A program made the position numbers and the translations under genes. From positions 11,256-33,125 of the forward strand of contig CAXTKV010000035.1 in assembly GCA_964244895.1 (NCBI GenBank): 21,870 nt of DNA, in the 5' to 3' direction. How positions within the stretch are numbered: position 1 is the first letter of the stretch; every line of letters starts with the position of its first letter. Positions 1 through 8,576 of the stretch are shown here, piece by piece. Below the pieces are notes generated by a model. The model did no database searches and was not told the origin of the DNA. It was given only the letters and a program-made list of their open reading frames with translations. This DNA is from an uncultured Deinococcales bacterium. Its GTDB lineage: Bacteria; Deinococcota; Deinococci; Deinococcales; JAAFIG01.

Positions 1-5
1 TGCGT

Positions 6-3000
6 TCATCGGTGTTGTTGGTTCATCATCTCGAGAAACGCATCCACCACGCGCGGATCGAAGTGCTTGCCTGAATCCTGCTTGAGGTGCTCGATCACGC
101 GTTCCTCTGCCCAGCCTTCGCGGTAAGGCCGTTCGGATCGCAACGCGTCCCACACGTCCACGACCGCGAATATTCGGGCTGACAGCGGAATCTGTTCGCC
201 GCGCAGACCGCGCGGGTAACCGGTGCCGTCCCATTTTTCGTGGTGCGAGTACGGGATGTCCAGGGCGGTGCGCAGGAATCGGATCGGCGTCAGCAACTCG
301 CGGGCCAGATCCGGGTGCCGTTCGATCACCAAGCGTTCTTCCAGCGTCAACTTCCCAGGTTTGAGCAAAATCCCGTCCGGTATGCCCATCTTGCCGATGT
401 CGTGCAGCAACGCGCCGCGCCGCACGTGGATCAATTCTTCCGGCGCGATCCCCAGCCTTTCGGCCAACCGCAGCGTGATCTCGGTGACGCGTTGAGAATG
501 CCCTTCGGTTTCCTTGTCGCGCAGGTCGAGCGCTTTCGACCAGCCTTCGATGGTTTCGTCGTAGGCGAGCCGCAGGTCGATGTTCGAGCGTTGCAGGTCG
601 TTGAACAGCGTCAGGTTGTCGATGGCGATGGCAGCCTGCCCGGCCAGGATCGTCAGGAATTCGCGCCATTCGTCGTCGATCTCGAGTGGAGCGCGGTGGA
701 ATACGCCCAGCACGCCCTTGACCTGACCCTTGGCGATCAACGGCACGGCGAAGTAGACCTTGAAGCCTTCGATTTCGTTCAGAACTTCGCGGTTCTGAAC
801 GGGTTGGGATGGGTCGCTCAGGTCTTCGACTTCGATCTGTCTGCGCTCGAGCGCCGCGCGGCCCGCGACGCCCTCGCCGAGCCGCAAGGTCTTCAGGTCG
901 TTTTGCAGGCGGACGAAACCGACCTTGGCGGTCATCTCGAGGTTCAGCGTGTTCGGGTTGAGCAACGAGATGGCCGCCGCCGCCACGCCGAGTTGTGACA
1001 TCAGCTGACTGAGGAACACGCCCAGGGTCAGTTGCAAGTCCACGCTCGAGGCGATCGCCCGGTCGATCTCGTGCAAGGACAGCAAGCGTTGCAGACGGCG
1101 TTCGAGGTGTTCGTTCAGGCGCTGCAACTCGAGATCCGCGTTGACCTGATCGGTGGTGTCTTTGGCCACGACCAGGAACGCCCGGCGCGAACCGTAGTGC
1201 ATGGCGTGGCGCGCGAGTTCGACGTGAATCACCCGGCCATCCTTGAGCACCTGACGCCCGCGCGCAGGAGCGCCCATGTTGCCTGACAGCGACGCGATCT
1301 CGCTGATCAGGGCGGGTACGTCCTCCTCGAGTCGAAGGTCGGTGATCTTCATGGTCAGGAATTCGTCGTGCGAATACCCGTACTTCTGCTGCGCGGCCTC
1401 GTTGACTTCCAGAAACGCCAGGCTTTCACGGTCGAAGACCCACATCGGCAAAGGATTATCGGTGAACATCTTGCGGAAGACTTTTTCGCTGTTGCTGATT
1501 TCATCTTGTATCCGCATGCGTTCGGTCACGTCGCGGCCCGAGGTCTGAATCTCGGTGATTTCTCGGGTTTCGGGATCGCGGATCAGCTTGACGGAATTTT
1601 CCATCCAGAGGTACGTCCCGTCTTTGTGTTTGATCCGCGCCTGGAAGGTGTACGCGTCCTGGTCGGAGGACAGCGCCAGACTGTACGTGTTCTGGGTCAT
1701 CGCGCTGTCTTCGGGGTGAATGCGTTCGCGCGGTGGTGTGGCCAGGTATTCCTCGGGTTCGTACCCCAGGATGGTTCTGACCGATGGTGATACGTAAAGA
1801 AGTTCCCTCTCGCCGGAGAACAGCTGGATCAGGTCGTTGGCTTCCTCGGAAATCAACCGGTACAGACGCTCGCTGTCCTCGAGTTGTTGTTGTGCCAGCA
1901 CCTGCAGCGTGATGTCGCGCGACGTGGCCTGAAACTCGACGATCTCGTTCGTTATCGGATCGTGCTTGCTTCGCCAGATCGTATCGATCCAGATGTAGTG
2001 ACCATCCTTGTGGCGGGCGCGATAGAGCGTCGAGTTGACCTCGAGCCCCGACCTGAAGACTTCGTCGCGGAGTTTTCGAATGTGCTCGAACTCAGTTGGA
2101 TCGACCCAATCCTCGAGTTTGAGCGCCTTGAACTCCTCGACCTCGTAGCCCAGAATCGACTTGATCGACGGCGAGACGAAGCGGGTGGTTCCGTCCAGCG
2201 TGACCAGGCGGATCAGATCGGACGCGTTTTCCGTGATGACCCGGTAGAGTTGCTCGCTCTGCTCGAGTTTTTGCTGCGCCAACACCTGCTCGGTGACATC
2301 GCGCGACGTGGCCTGAAGCTCGGTGACCTCGTTGGTGTCCGGGTCGCGAATGAGTTGGGTCGCCGTCTCGAGCCAGATGGCGCGACCATCCTTGCGGCGG
2401 ACTTTGTGGCGGACGTTTCCGGGATCGCGTTCCGCTCTGAGCAGATCCGCGCGAATCTTCTGCAAACGATCGATCTCGTCGGGATCGCTCCAATCCGTCA
2501 TCGTGAGCTTCAGGAACTCCTCGACCTCGTACCCGAGGATATTCTTGACCGATGGCGAGACGTACCGATACCTGCCGTCCGGGCCAATCAGGCGAACCAG
2601 ATCGGACGCGTTTTCCGTGATTGCCCGGTACAGATGTTCAGAATCCTCGAGCTTCTGCTGCGCCAGCACCTCTTCAGTGACATCGCGCGAGGTGGTCTGG
2701 AACTCGGTGAGTTCGTTCGTGTCCGAATCGCGGATCGCCCGCCCCGTCGTCTCGAGCCAGATGGTGCGGCCATCCTTGTGGCGCGCCCGATACCGCGACG
2801 TGTCCAGGTCGGTTTCTCCCTCAAGTAAGGCTTTGCGAAGTTTCTGGACGCGCTCGAGGTCGCGCGGATCGATCCATTCTTTCAGGCTGAACGGCATGAA
2901 CTCCTCGACCTCGTAGCCGAGGATCGTCTTGACCGACGGCGAAACGTAGCGATGCCTTCCGTCCGGCGCGACCAATCGAATCAGGTCGAGCGTGTTTTCC

Positions 3001-3509
3001 GCGATCAGTCGGTAGACGCGTTCGGTCGCGGCCAACGAATTCTTGGATCTGACCTGCTCGAACTGCAAACCCCAGACCGCGCCGACGTTGTTCAGCAACT
3101 GAAATTGCGCGTCCCTGGAAGCCCGCTCCCGGAACAAGAACGTGGCGTACCCGACCAGCTGTGACCCGCCGCGCAGACCGAAGGCGACCGCCTGACGCGC
3201 ACCGAGGTTGGCGTAATTGAGTTCGTTCGGGCCTCGGTAGTCTTCCGGGACGTTCCAGATCAGCACCTGACCTTCTTGCAGGGCGGTCTGTTCCTCGCTG
3301 GTGATCCGTCGGCGCTGGTGAATCTCGGGAAGCGCATCCAACCCGAATTGTGCGACCAGATCGTACCCGACCGAGCTGCGCAGGTACAGCAGCGCCACTT
3401 CGGCCTGGAACGCGTTTTGTACGGCCTGCAAGGTCGGTGCCTCGAGCCCAGCGATAGAGGTTTCTGCTAGCAGATTGCGTACCAGCGAAAAGACCTTCTG
3501 TTCGACCAT
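6..3509 (-). CDS. Multi-sensor HD-GYP cyclic-dinucleotide phosphodiesterase (GAF-like, 5 PAS/PAC, GAF, HD-GYP)
   Basis: 1167 aa. Repeated PAS motifs (YRxIxENAxDLIRL...YVSPSVKxILGY...HKDGxxIWLE), a GAF (PLIAKGQVKGVL...AGQAAIAIDN), and HD-GYP motifs DKETEGHSQRV, LLHDIGK and HHEKWDGTGYPRGL. Confidence 0.95.
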   Translation of the reverse strand: MVEQKVFSLVRNLLAETSIAGLEAPTLQAVQNAFQAEVALLYLRSSVGYDLVAQFGLDALPEIHQRRRITSEEQTALQEGQVLIWNVPEDYRGPNELNYANLGARQAVAFGLRGGSQLVGYATFLFRERASRDAQFQLLNNVGAVWGLQFEQVRSKNSLAATERVYRLIAENTLDLIRLVAPDGRHRYVSPSVKTILGYEVEEFMPFSLKEWIDPRDLERVQKLRKALLEGETDLDTSRYRARHKDGRTIWLETTGRAIRDSDTNELTEFQTTSRDVTEEVLAQQKLEDSEHLYRAITENASDLVRLIGPDGRYRYVSPSVKNILGYEVEEFLKLTMTDWSDPDEIDRLQKIRADLLRAERDPGNVRHKVRRKDGRAIWLETATQLIRDPDTNEVTELQATSRDVTEQVLAQQKLEQSEQLYRVITENASDLIRLVTLDGTTRFVSPSIKSILGYEVEEFKALKLEDWVDPTEFEHIRKLRDEVFRSGLEVNSTLYRARHKDGHYIWIDTIWRSKHDPITNEIVEFQATSRDITLQVLAQQQLEDSERLYRLISEEANDLIQLFSGERELLYVSPSVRTILGYEPEEYLATPPRERIHPEDSAMTQNTYSLALSSDQDAYTFQARIKHKDGTYLWMENSVKLIRDPETREITEIQTSGRDVTERMRIQDEISNSEKVFRKMFTDNPLPMWVFDRESLAFLEVNEAAQQKYGYSHDEFLTMKITDLRLEEDVPALISEIASLSGNMGAPARGRQVLKDGRVIHVELARHAMHYGSRRAFLVVAKDTTDQVNADLELQRLNEHLERRLQRLLSLHEIDRAIASSVDLQLTLGVFLSQLMSQLGVAAAAISLLNPNTLNLEMTAKVGFVRLQNDLKTLRLGEGVAGRAALERRQIEVEDLSDPSQPVQNREVLNEIEGFKVYFAVPLIAKGQVKGVLGVFHRAPLEIDDEWREFLTILAGQAAIAIDNLTLFNDLQRSNIDLRLAYDETIEGWSKALDLRDKETEGHSQRVTEITLRLAERLGIAPEELIHVRRGALLHDIGKMGIPDGILLKPGKLTLEERLVIERHPDLARELLTPIRFLRTALDIPYSHHEKWDGTGYPRGLRGEQIPLSARIFAVVDVWDALRSERPYREGWAEERVIEHLKQDSGKHFDPRVVDAFLEMMNQQHR
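1487..3023 (-). repeat. Intragenic tandem repeat of four PAS/PAC modules with a 384-bp (128-aa) period
   Basis: AACTCCTCGACCTCGTA occurs at 2131, 2515 and 2899, exactly 384 bp apart. The fourth module is more diverged. Boundaries are approximate. Confidence 0.85.
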
Positions 3510-3557
3510 TTCGCTGTTTTCACCGGCCTTTCACTACTGCCAAAATCACCGACCAGG

Positions 3558-3563
3558 AGTGTA
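3558..3563 (-). promoter_or_regulatory. Putative -10 element (TACACT) for the HD-GYP gene
   Basis: TACACT on the minus strand about 48 nt upstream of the ATG at 3509. Confidence 0.4.
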
Positions 3564-3765
3564 ACCCGAGTTATTGAATGACTCGTTATAAACCCTTCGA
3601 GCAATTTCTGGTGCTCAATTGCAGCTTCCTGCCCTTCAGGGCGCTGATCGGCGCAGCATCATCAGCCAGATCGCAACCGGCTCGATGTTCGTCGGGAGGC
3701 TTGAGCAACCTCGAAGGCCTGTCTAAAATCCCGGATTGACCAGGAGCACCGTCCAGCACGCAATT

Positions 3766-4302
<537 letters not shown>

Positions 4303-4313
4303 GATCAGAAAAT

Positions 4314-4340
4314 ACCCCCTCGAGCCAGGCTCGAGGGGGT
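4314..4340. terminator. Perfect palindrome between Yip1 and ICMT (terminator and/or operator)
   Basis: ACCCCCTCGAGCC-A-GGCTCGAGGGGGT, 13-bp arms, followed on the minus strand by ATTTTCT. It abuts the ICMT -10 box. Confidence 0.55.
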
Positions 4341-4366
4341 CTGAGGTCGCTGTTCGTCGGTTGCGT

Positions 4367-4924
4367 TCAGCGCGAGCCGAAAATTCCCGCGATCACCAGC
4401 CCGACCACGAAACTGCCGACGGCAGCCACGATGATCGTCAACCAGACTTTGTTGGTATCCGTCATGTTCATGCTGGACTGCACCGCCAGGTACGCGAAGT
4501 ACACGTTGGCCACCAACGCCAGAATGCCCAGCAAGGGCAGCAAGAAAATCCCGACCAGCGTGATGATCAGCACCAGCGTCAACAAGCTGATGCCGACCGT
4601 GACCGGAGCCCAGAACAAGGAAAACGTGTACGCCACCTGATCTAAGGTGCCCGTGCCACCCTGCGATTTGCCAAACGCGTGCACGATGTACGTGAAGACC
4701 ACGAAACCGACCAATGCGCTGATGACGTTGGCGATCAGGCCACCGATGCCGCTGCCCAACCCGAGCAACCCAGAAATGGCGGCGGCGATGGCGATGTAAA
4801 TCAGCGCCTCGCGCATCGTGCCCTTGTTCTCGAACTCCTCGAAGGTCTGCACGCTGGGTTTGCTGAGCACCTTGATGCTCTGGTTGAACATCTCCGGAAT
4901 GCTTGGGGCGGATGGCGCGGACAT
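4367..4924 (-). CDS. Yip1 domain membrane protein
   Basis: Start reassigned to ATG 4924 (GGAGG RBS). Sequence MSAPSAPSIPEMFNQSIKVLSKPSVQTFEEFE is followed by about five hydrophobic helices and a FGKSQGGTGT loop. Confidence 0.8.
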   Translation of the reverse strand: MSAPSAPSIPEMFNQSIKVLSKPSVQTFEEFENKGTMREALIYIAIAAAISGLLGLGSGIGGLIANVISALVGFVVFTYIVHAFGKSQGGTGTLDQVAYTFSLFWAPVTVGISLLTLVLIITLVGIFLLPLLGILALVANVYFAYLAVQSSMNMTDTNKVWLTIIVAAVGSFVVGLVIAGIFGSR

Positions 4925-5118
4925 GATTGGCCTCCCTCTCGCTCGAGCGCTTTGAACTGTGGCTTGGTGCCAATTCATGCTAACAGAATCCCGAGTTCCC
5001 GAGACGAGACTCGCGAGGAATGCGTCTGGGAAAGCTTCGATTGGCTTTCGTGGAAACGCGACCCGGTGGCCTCTCGAGCGGGCGGCTTTCATCTGGGAGC
5101 TTTCAGGTGCTCGAGCGT

Positions 5119-5559
5119 TCAGGTGTGCGTCTGCTCGTACAGCGGCATCGCGTTCCAGGCTTCGATCAGGGCTCCGGCCTCGGATGGTCTGGCGGCCTGA
5201 AGCGCGAAACGCAGGGCCCGCGCCGGGAGCCGCCGCAGGCTGAAGATGTCGTTTTCTCTCGCCAGTTCGAGCGCGCTCGGGTGCAACTCGCCGCGCCTGG
5301 CCTGGGCTCGATCTCGGGCATCCGATTCCGGCCCGCCCGCCTCGAGCAGCACGCGCGCCGCGACCCGCGCCGCCTGCTCGAGTTGCGGTTCGTCCACCAG
5401 CCATTTTAGAGATTGTGCGATGGCCTGCAAGGACAGTTCCGGGTGATCCAGCACGAAACCGTAAACGCCTTCCGCACCGCGCCACGCGGCGCCCTCTCGC
5501 GGTTCGCGCGCCTGCTCCTGCTCGAGGATGGTGTGTAACTCGTCGAGGATCTGCAACAT
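5119..5559 (-). CDS. Hypothetical helical protein (146 aa)
   Basis: Fills the gap on the same strand as its neighbours, shows host-like codon usage, and has TAGGAT upstream. No recognisable motif. Confidence 0.65.
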   Translation of the reverse strand: MLQILDELHTILEQEQAREPREGAAWRGAEGVYGFVLDHPELSLQAIAQSLKWLVDEPQLEQAARVAARVLLEAGGPESDARDRAQARRGELHPSALELARENDIFSLRRLPARALRFALQAARPSEAGALIEAWNAMPLYEQTHT

Positions 5560-5645
5560 GGTCGTTCTCTGGCTGTACGGCGAGGCCAGTATCCTACGCG
5601 ATCATCGGCTGGGATTGTGGTGAAGCCCAAGAATCGCGTACACCA

Positions 5646-5697
5646 AAGAACACCGTGCCGCACGCAAATCAAAGAATGCGTCCAGCACGGTGTTCTT
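5646..5697. repeat. Palindromic repeat family, long-hairpin type (core pentamer inverted)
   Basis: AAGAACACCGTGCCGCACGCA-N10-TGCGTCCAGCACGGTGTTCTT, 19/21 pairing, 13 nt downstream of the cupredoxin stop. Confidence 0.85.
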
Positions 5698-5710
5698 CGT
5701 TTTCCCAAAA

Positions 5711-6076
5711 TCAGTTCTCGACGGTGATTGAACCGCCCATGCCGAGAATGCCGTGAATGTGGCACTTGTAGGTGTACGTTCCCGGAGCCTTGAACGTGAT
5801 CTTCTGATCCGTCTGCGCGTCCGCGATGGCGCTCGGCCAGTTGGTCGAAACCGTGTCGAAAGGATGCTCCTTGTCGGCCTGAATCACCACCGTCTTGGAC
5901 GATCCGCCCAGCGTCAGCTTGCAGCGCGCCGGTGCGTAGATCAGCCCACCGACCCCTGCGGTGATCGTCGCGGGGCAGGGCTTCAAGGTTTCCTGCATGG
6001 CCGGAGCGCAGGCGCTCAGCAGCACGAACAAACCCCCGACGCTCAAGATTCCAACGACCAGCGTTTTGATCTTCAT
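5711..6076 (-). CDS. Cupredoxin (plastocyanin/halocyanin-like type-1 copper) lipoprotein
   Basis: Start reassigned to ATG 6076 (GGAGG RBS). Signal peptide with lipobox LLSAC. Cu ligands are the His of KEHPF and C-x2-H-x4-M in PGTYTYKCHIHGILGMGG. Confidence 0.88.
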   Translation of the reverse strand: MKIKTLVVGILSVGGLFVLLSACAPAMQETLKPCPATITAGVGGLIYAPARCKLTLGGSSKTVVIQADKEHPFDTVSTNWPSAIADAQTDQKITFKAPGTYTYKCHIHGILGMGGSITVEN

Positions 6077-6237
6077 GACGACCTCCTGTGACCCGAGAAT
6101 TCTGAGTTCTCGAGGTTCCAAACCCGAAATCCAAGTTGACCGGATCGGTGATCTCTGGCTGGTGAATCCGAACGCTCCAGGCGAGCGCCACGCGCCGATT
6201 CGGGGTCGCGCCCGTCGCCTCTTTGATGCGCAATCGT

Positions 6238-7299
6238 TCAGGTTTTGAAGATCACGTGTTCCGCGCTGAAGCCCGGCCCCATCGCGCTGATCGCGCCCAA
6301 CTCGCCCGGTTGCAGTTCCGCCCAGCGCCGCACGAAGCGTTCCAGCACGAACAGCACCGACACGCTCGACATGTTGCCGCACGATTCGAGCACCGCGTAG
6401 GAATCACTCAGGGCGTCCGCTTCCAGCCCGAGCGCCTGGGCGTAAGCCTGAAGCACTTTCAGCCCGCCGGGGTGCGTTACGAAATGCTGGATGTCCTCGA
6501 GCTTCACGTTGTTCGCGCGAGCCGCGTCCGTCAGGTTCTGGTGCATGAGTTTCTGTACGAGTTCGGGCACGCTCTTGGCGAAGCGCACCTTCAGCCCGGA
6601 TTCGATCACGTCCCAGCCCATCACGTCCTCGGTGTCATCCCAGAGCGTGCTGTACGAACCGACCAGACTCGGGCCTTCGGCGTCTGGGGCGGATGAAACG
6701 ATCACGGCGGCGGCTCCATCCGCGAACAGGCTGGCAGCGATCAAATTGGATTTGGACAGGTCGCCGGGCTGAAACGTCAAGCTGCACAATTCGACCGCGA
6801 CCAGCAGCACCCGAGAACCGGGTTTGGCGCGCGCGAATTCTGCGGCTCGAGCCAATCCCGCCGCACCGCCCGAGCAACCCAGCCCCCAGATCGGCACGCG
6901 CGCGACGTGGCGCGAGAGATCCAGGCGTTTGATCAACAAACTGTCCAGGCTCGGCGTGGCGATGCCCGTGGTGGACACGAAAAAAATCGCGTCTATATCA
7001 CCGGGCTTCAACCTGGCGCGCTCCAATGCGCTTCGCGCGGCCTGTTCGCCCAGATCGAGCGCGTTTTGCACGTACAAGGCGTTCTTTTCCGGCCAGGAAT
7101 GCTCCGTCTGAAACCACTCGATGGGCGTGCAGATGTTGCGCGTCTTGATCTGGCCGTTGTCGAAGACCGCTACCAGCCGGTCGATGTCCCGATGCCCCTT
7201 CGAGAACAGTGCGCGCGTCAGCTCGCGCACGCCATCTTGTTCAACCCGAAACGCGGGCAACGCCGTACCGACCGAGAGGATGCGCGGATCATTATTCAC
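6238..7299 (-). CDS. Type III polyketide synthase (BpsA/SrsA-like, chalcone synthase fold)
   Basis: Catalytic Cys in GLGCSGG, His in HPGG and Asn in GNMSS, plus VELCSL, LFADGAAA and MGPGFSAE. Confidence 0.95.
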   Translation of the reverse strand: MNNDPRILSVGTALPAFRVEQDGVRELTRALFSKGHRDIDRLVAVFDNGQIKTRNICTPIEWFQTEHSWPEKNALYVQNALDLGEQAARSALERARLKPGDIDAIFFVSTTGIATPSLDSLLIKRLDLSRHVARVPIWGLGCSGGAAGLARAAEFARAKPGSRVLLVAVELCSLTFQPGDLSKSNLIAASLFADGAAAVIVSSAPDAEGPSLVGSYSTLWDDTEDVMGWDVIESGLKVRFAKSVPELVQKLMHQNLTDAARANNVKLEDIQHFVTHPGGLKVLQAYAQALGLEADALSDSYAVLESCGNMSSVSVLFVLERFVRRWAELQPGELGAISAMGPGFSAEHVIFKT

Positions 7300-7399
7300 G
7301 TCTGTACCCTACCCGCGCCATCTCGAGATCTCCGGTGCGCGGGCTGAGTCCCGGCTGAAGGCCAACCGAGCCTGAATCGTGCCAGACGCTCAATCACGA

Positions 7400-8260
7400 T
7401 CAGCGCACCTCGTCCAGTTCCGGCGTGGCGCAATCCTCGCGGAAGACGTACTGCGAAAAACGCCTGCGGTGACGGCTCGACCAGTCGATGGTGGGGCGGC
7501 GCTGACCGGGACGCAGGTAGCCCAGCCGGTAAATCGCCATCAGCGCCAGGTTGTCGGGCACTTTCAAGAGCTTCTGAATCTCGAGCCAGTTTTCGGGAAT
7601 TTCCATTGGTGTGCTGACGAACTGAATGCCCATGTTCAGGGTCTGCGTCAGCAACCAGATGTTCTCCATGGCCGCGCCCAGCCCGAACTGCGAGTAAAAG
7701 CCGCGCAATTCGCCGGGTCTGTACTCTTCCTTGTCCAGCATCACGCCCAGCAGCAAGGGGCTGCTGCCGACCAGTTCGCGGTTGTCCCGACCCAGCATTT
7801 TCGGCACGCCGAGTTGGCGCATCAACTTGATGCCCGTCGGGCTCATGACTTGTTTGATGAACGGTTTCAACGGCCCCGGCATTTGATCGATCAGGATACC
7901 GTCGCCGCGCGCCTCGAGTTCTTCCTTGGAAAACCGGAAATACGGGCGGTAACGCTCGAAGAACTTGCCATCCGCGATCAACTGCTCCATGCTCGCGCCC
8001 GCGATCTGTGCGATGCGCGCGCGGGTGGTTTCGGATTCGATCAGGCAGAACCGCCACGGCTGCGAATTGAAATGGCTCGGCGCTCTCGAGGCCGCTTCCA
8101 TCAGCAACGCCTGATGCTCCCGCGAGACGGGCCGCGCATCGAACGGCCCGTTCGTGGTCATGCGGTTGCGAATCGCCTCGAGCAGTTCCAATGGAGCCTC
8201 CAGTTCGAGCTTACGGTCTGATCTGGGCACAAACAAGGTTCGGATGACACTATCGGCCAT
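7400..8260 (-). CDS. Nitroreductase family flavoprotein
   Basis: Motifs [34 protein letters not shown] and LGY. Confidence 0.9.
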   Translation of the reverse strand: MADSVIRTLFVPRSDRKLELEAPLELLEAIRNRMTTNGPFDARPVSREHQALLMEAASRAPSHFNSQPWRFCLIESETTRARIAQIAGASMEQLIADGKFFERYRPYFRFSKEELEARGDGILIDQMPGPLKPFIKQVMSPTGIKLMRQLGVPKMLGRDNRELVGSSPLLLGVMLDKEEYRPGELRGFYSQFGLGAAMENIWLLTQTLNMGIQFVSTPMEIPENWLEIQKLLKVPDNLALMAIYRLGYLRPGQRRPTIDWSSRHRRRFSQYVFREDCATPELDEVR

Positions 8261-8400
8261 TCAGCAACCCGAAAGCTCGTCTCGAGCCTCAGCGCGCCGT
8301 CGTGCTGAGGAGGTGCGACGAAGAATCTTTCGCTATTTCCCGGAAGCGAAACGTCGTTCTCGGGCGCTGGGAGGGAAAAGAATAGCGACCCGTCGCAAAG

Positions 8401-8459
8401 AACACCGTCCAGGACGCAAATCTTTAGCCTCAAGGAACACCGTCTGGGACGGTGTTCCT
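8401..8459. repeat. Palindromic repeat family, ~57-bp composite type
   Basis: AACACCGTCCAGGACGCA, a spacer, then the palindrome AGGAACACCGTC-TGG-GACGGTGTTCCT (8433-8459). Colinear with the copy at 13406-13462. Confidence 0.85.
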
Positions 8460-8541
8460 ATAACCCCAGGAAACCCCGTGCCTGACGGTCGTATCGCGAT
8501 CAGAACCGCCTGACGCCCCTTGCGGACTTGCGCGCGCATCT

Positions 8542-8550
8542 TGATATGCT
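8542..8550 (+). promoter_or_regulatory. Putative extended -10 (TGaTATGCT) for the Fe-S oxidoreductase
   Basis: TGnTANNNT about 26 nt upstream of GTG 8577, with an AAGGGGG RBS in between. Confidence 0.45.
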
Positions 8551-8576
8551 CGAGTTATTCAAAAAGGGGGAACGCC

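Noticed and set aside
3510..3740. c-di-GMP riboswitch upstream of the HD-GYP gene
   Set aside because: I could not see the GCAAA/GAAA-tetraloop/ACGCAAAG pattern of the class I aptamer. An Infernal scan would settle it.
5118..5130. Shared THT* ending and TTCAGGT(A/G)TGCGT between the hypothetical gene and ICMT
   Set aside because: The match is short (12/13 nt) and has no partner arm, so it is probably chance.
4925..5485. N-terminal extensions of Yip1 (and similarly of the cupredoxin, GNAT and TfoX-fusion ORFs)
   Set aside because: They are low-complexity Arg/Ala-rich translations that overlap other genes or intergenic DNA. Better starts have an RBS, a leaderless signal, or (GNAT) follow directly after the upstream stop.
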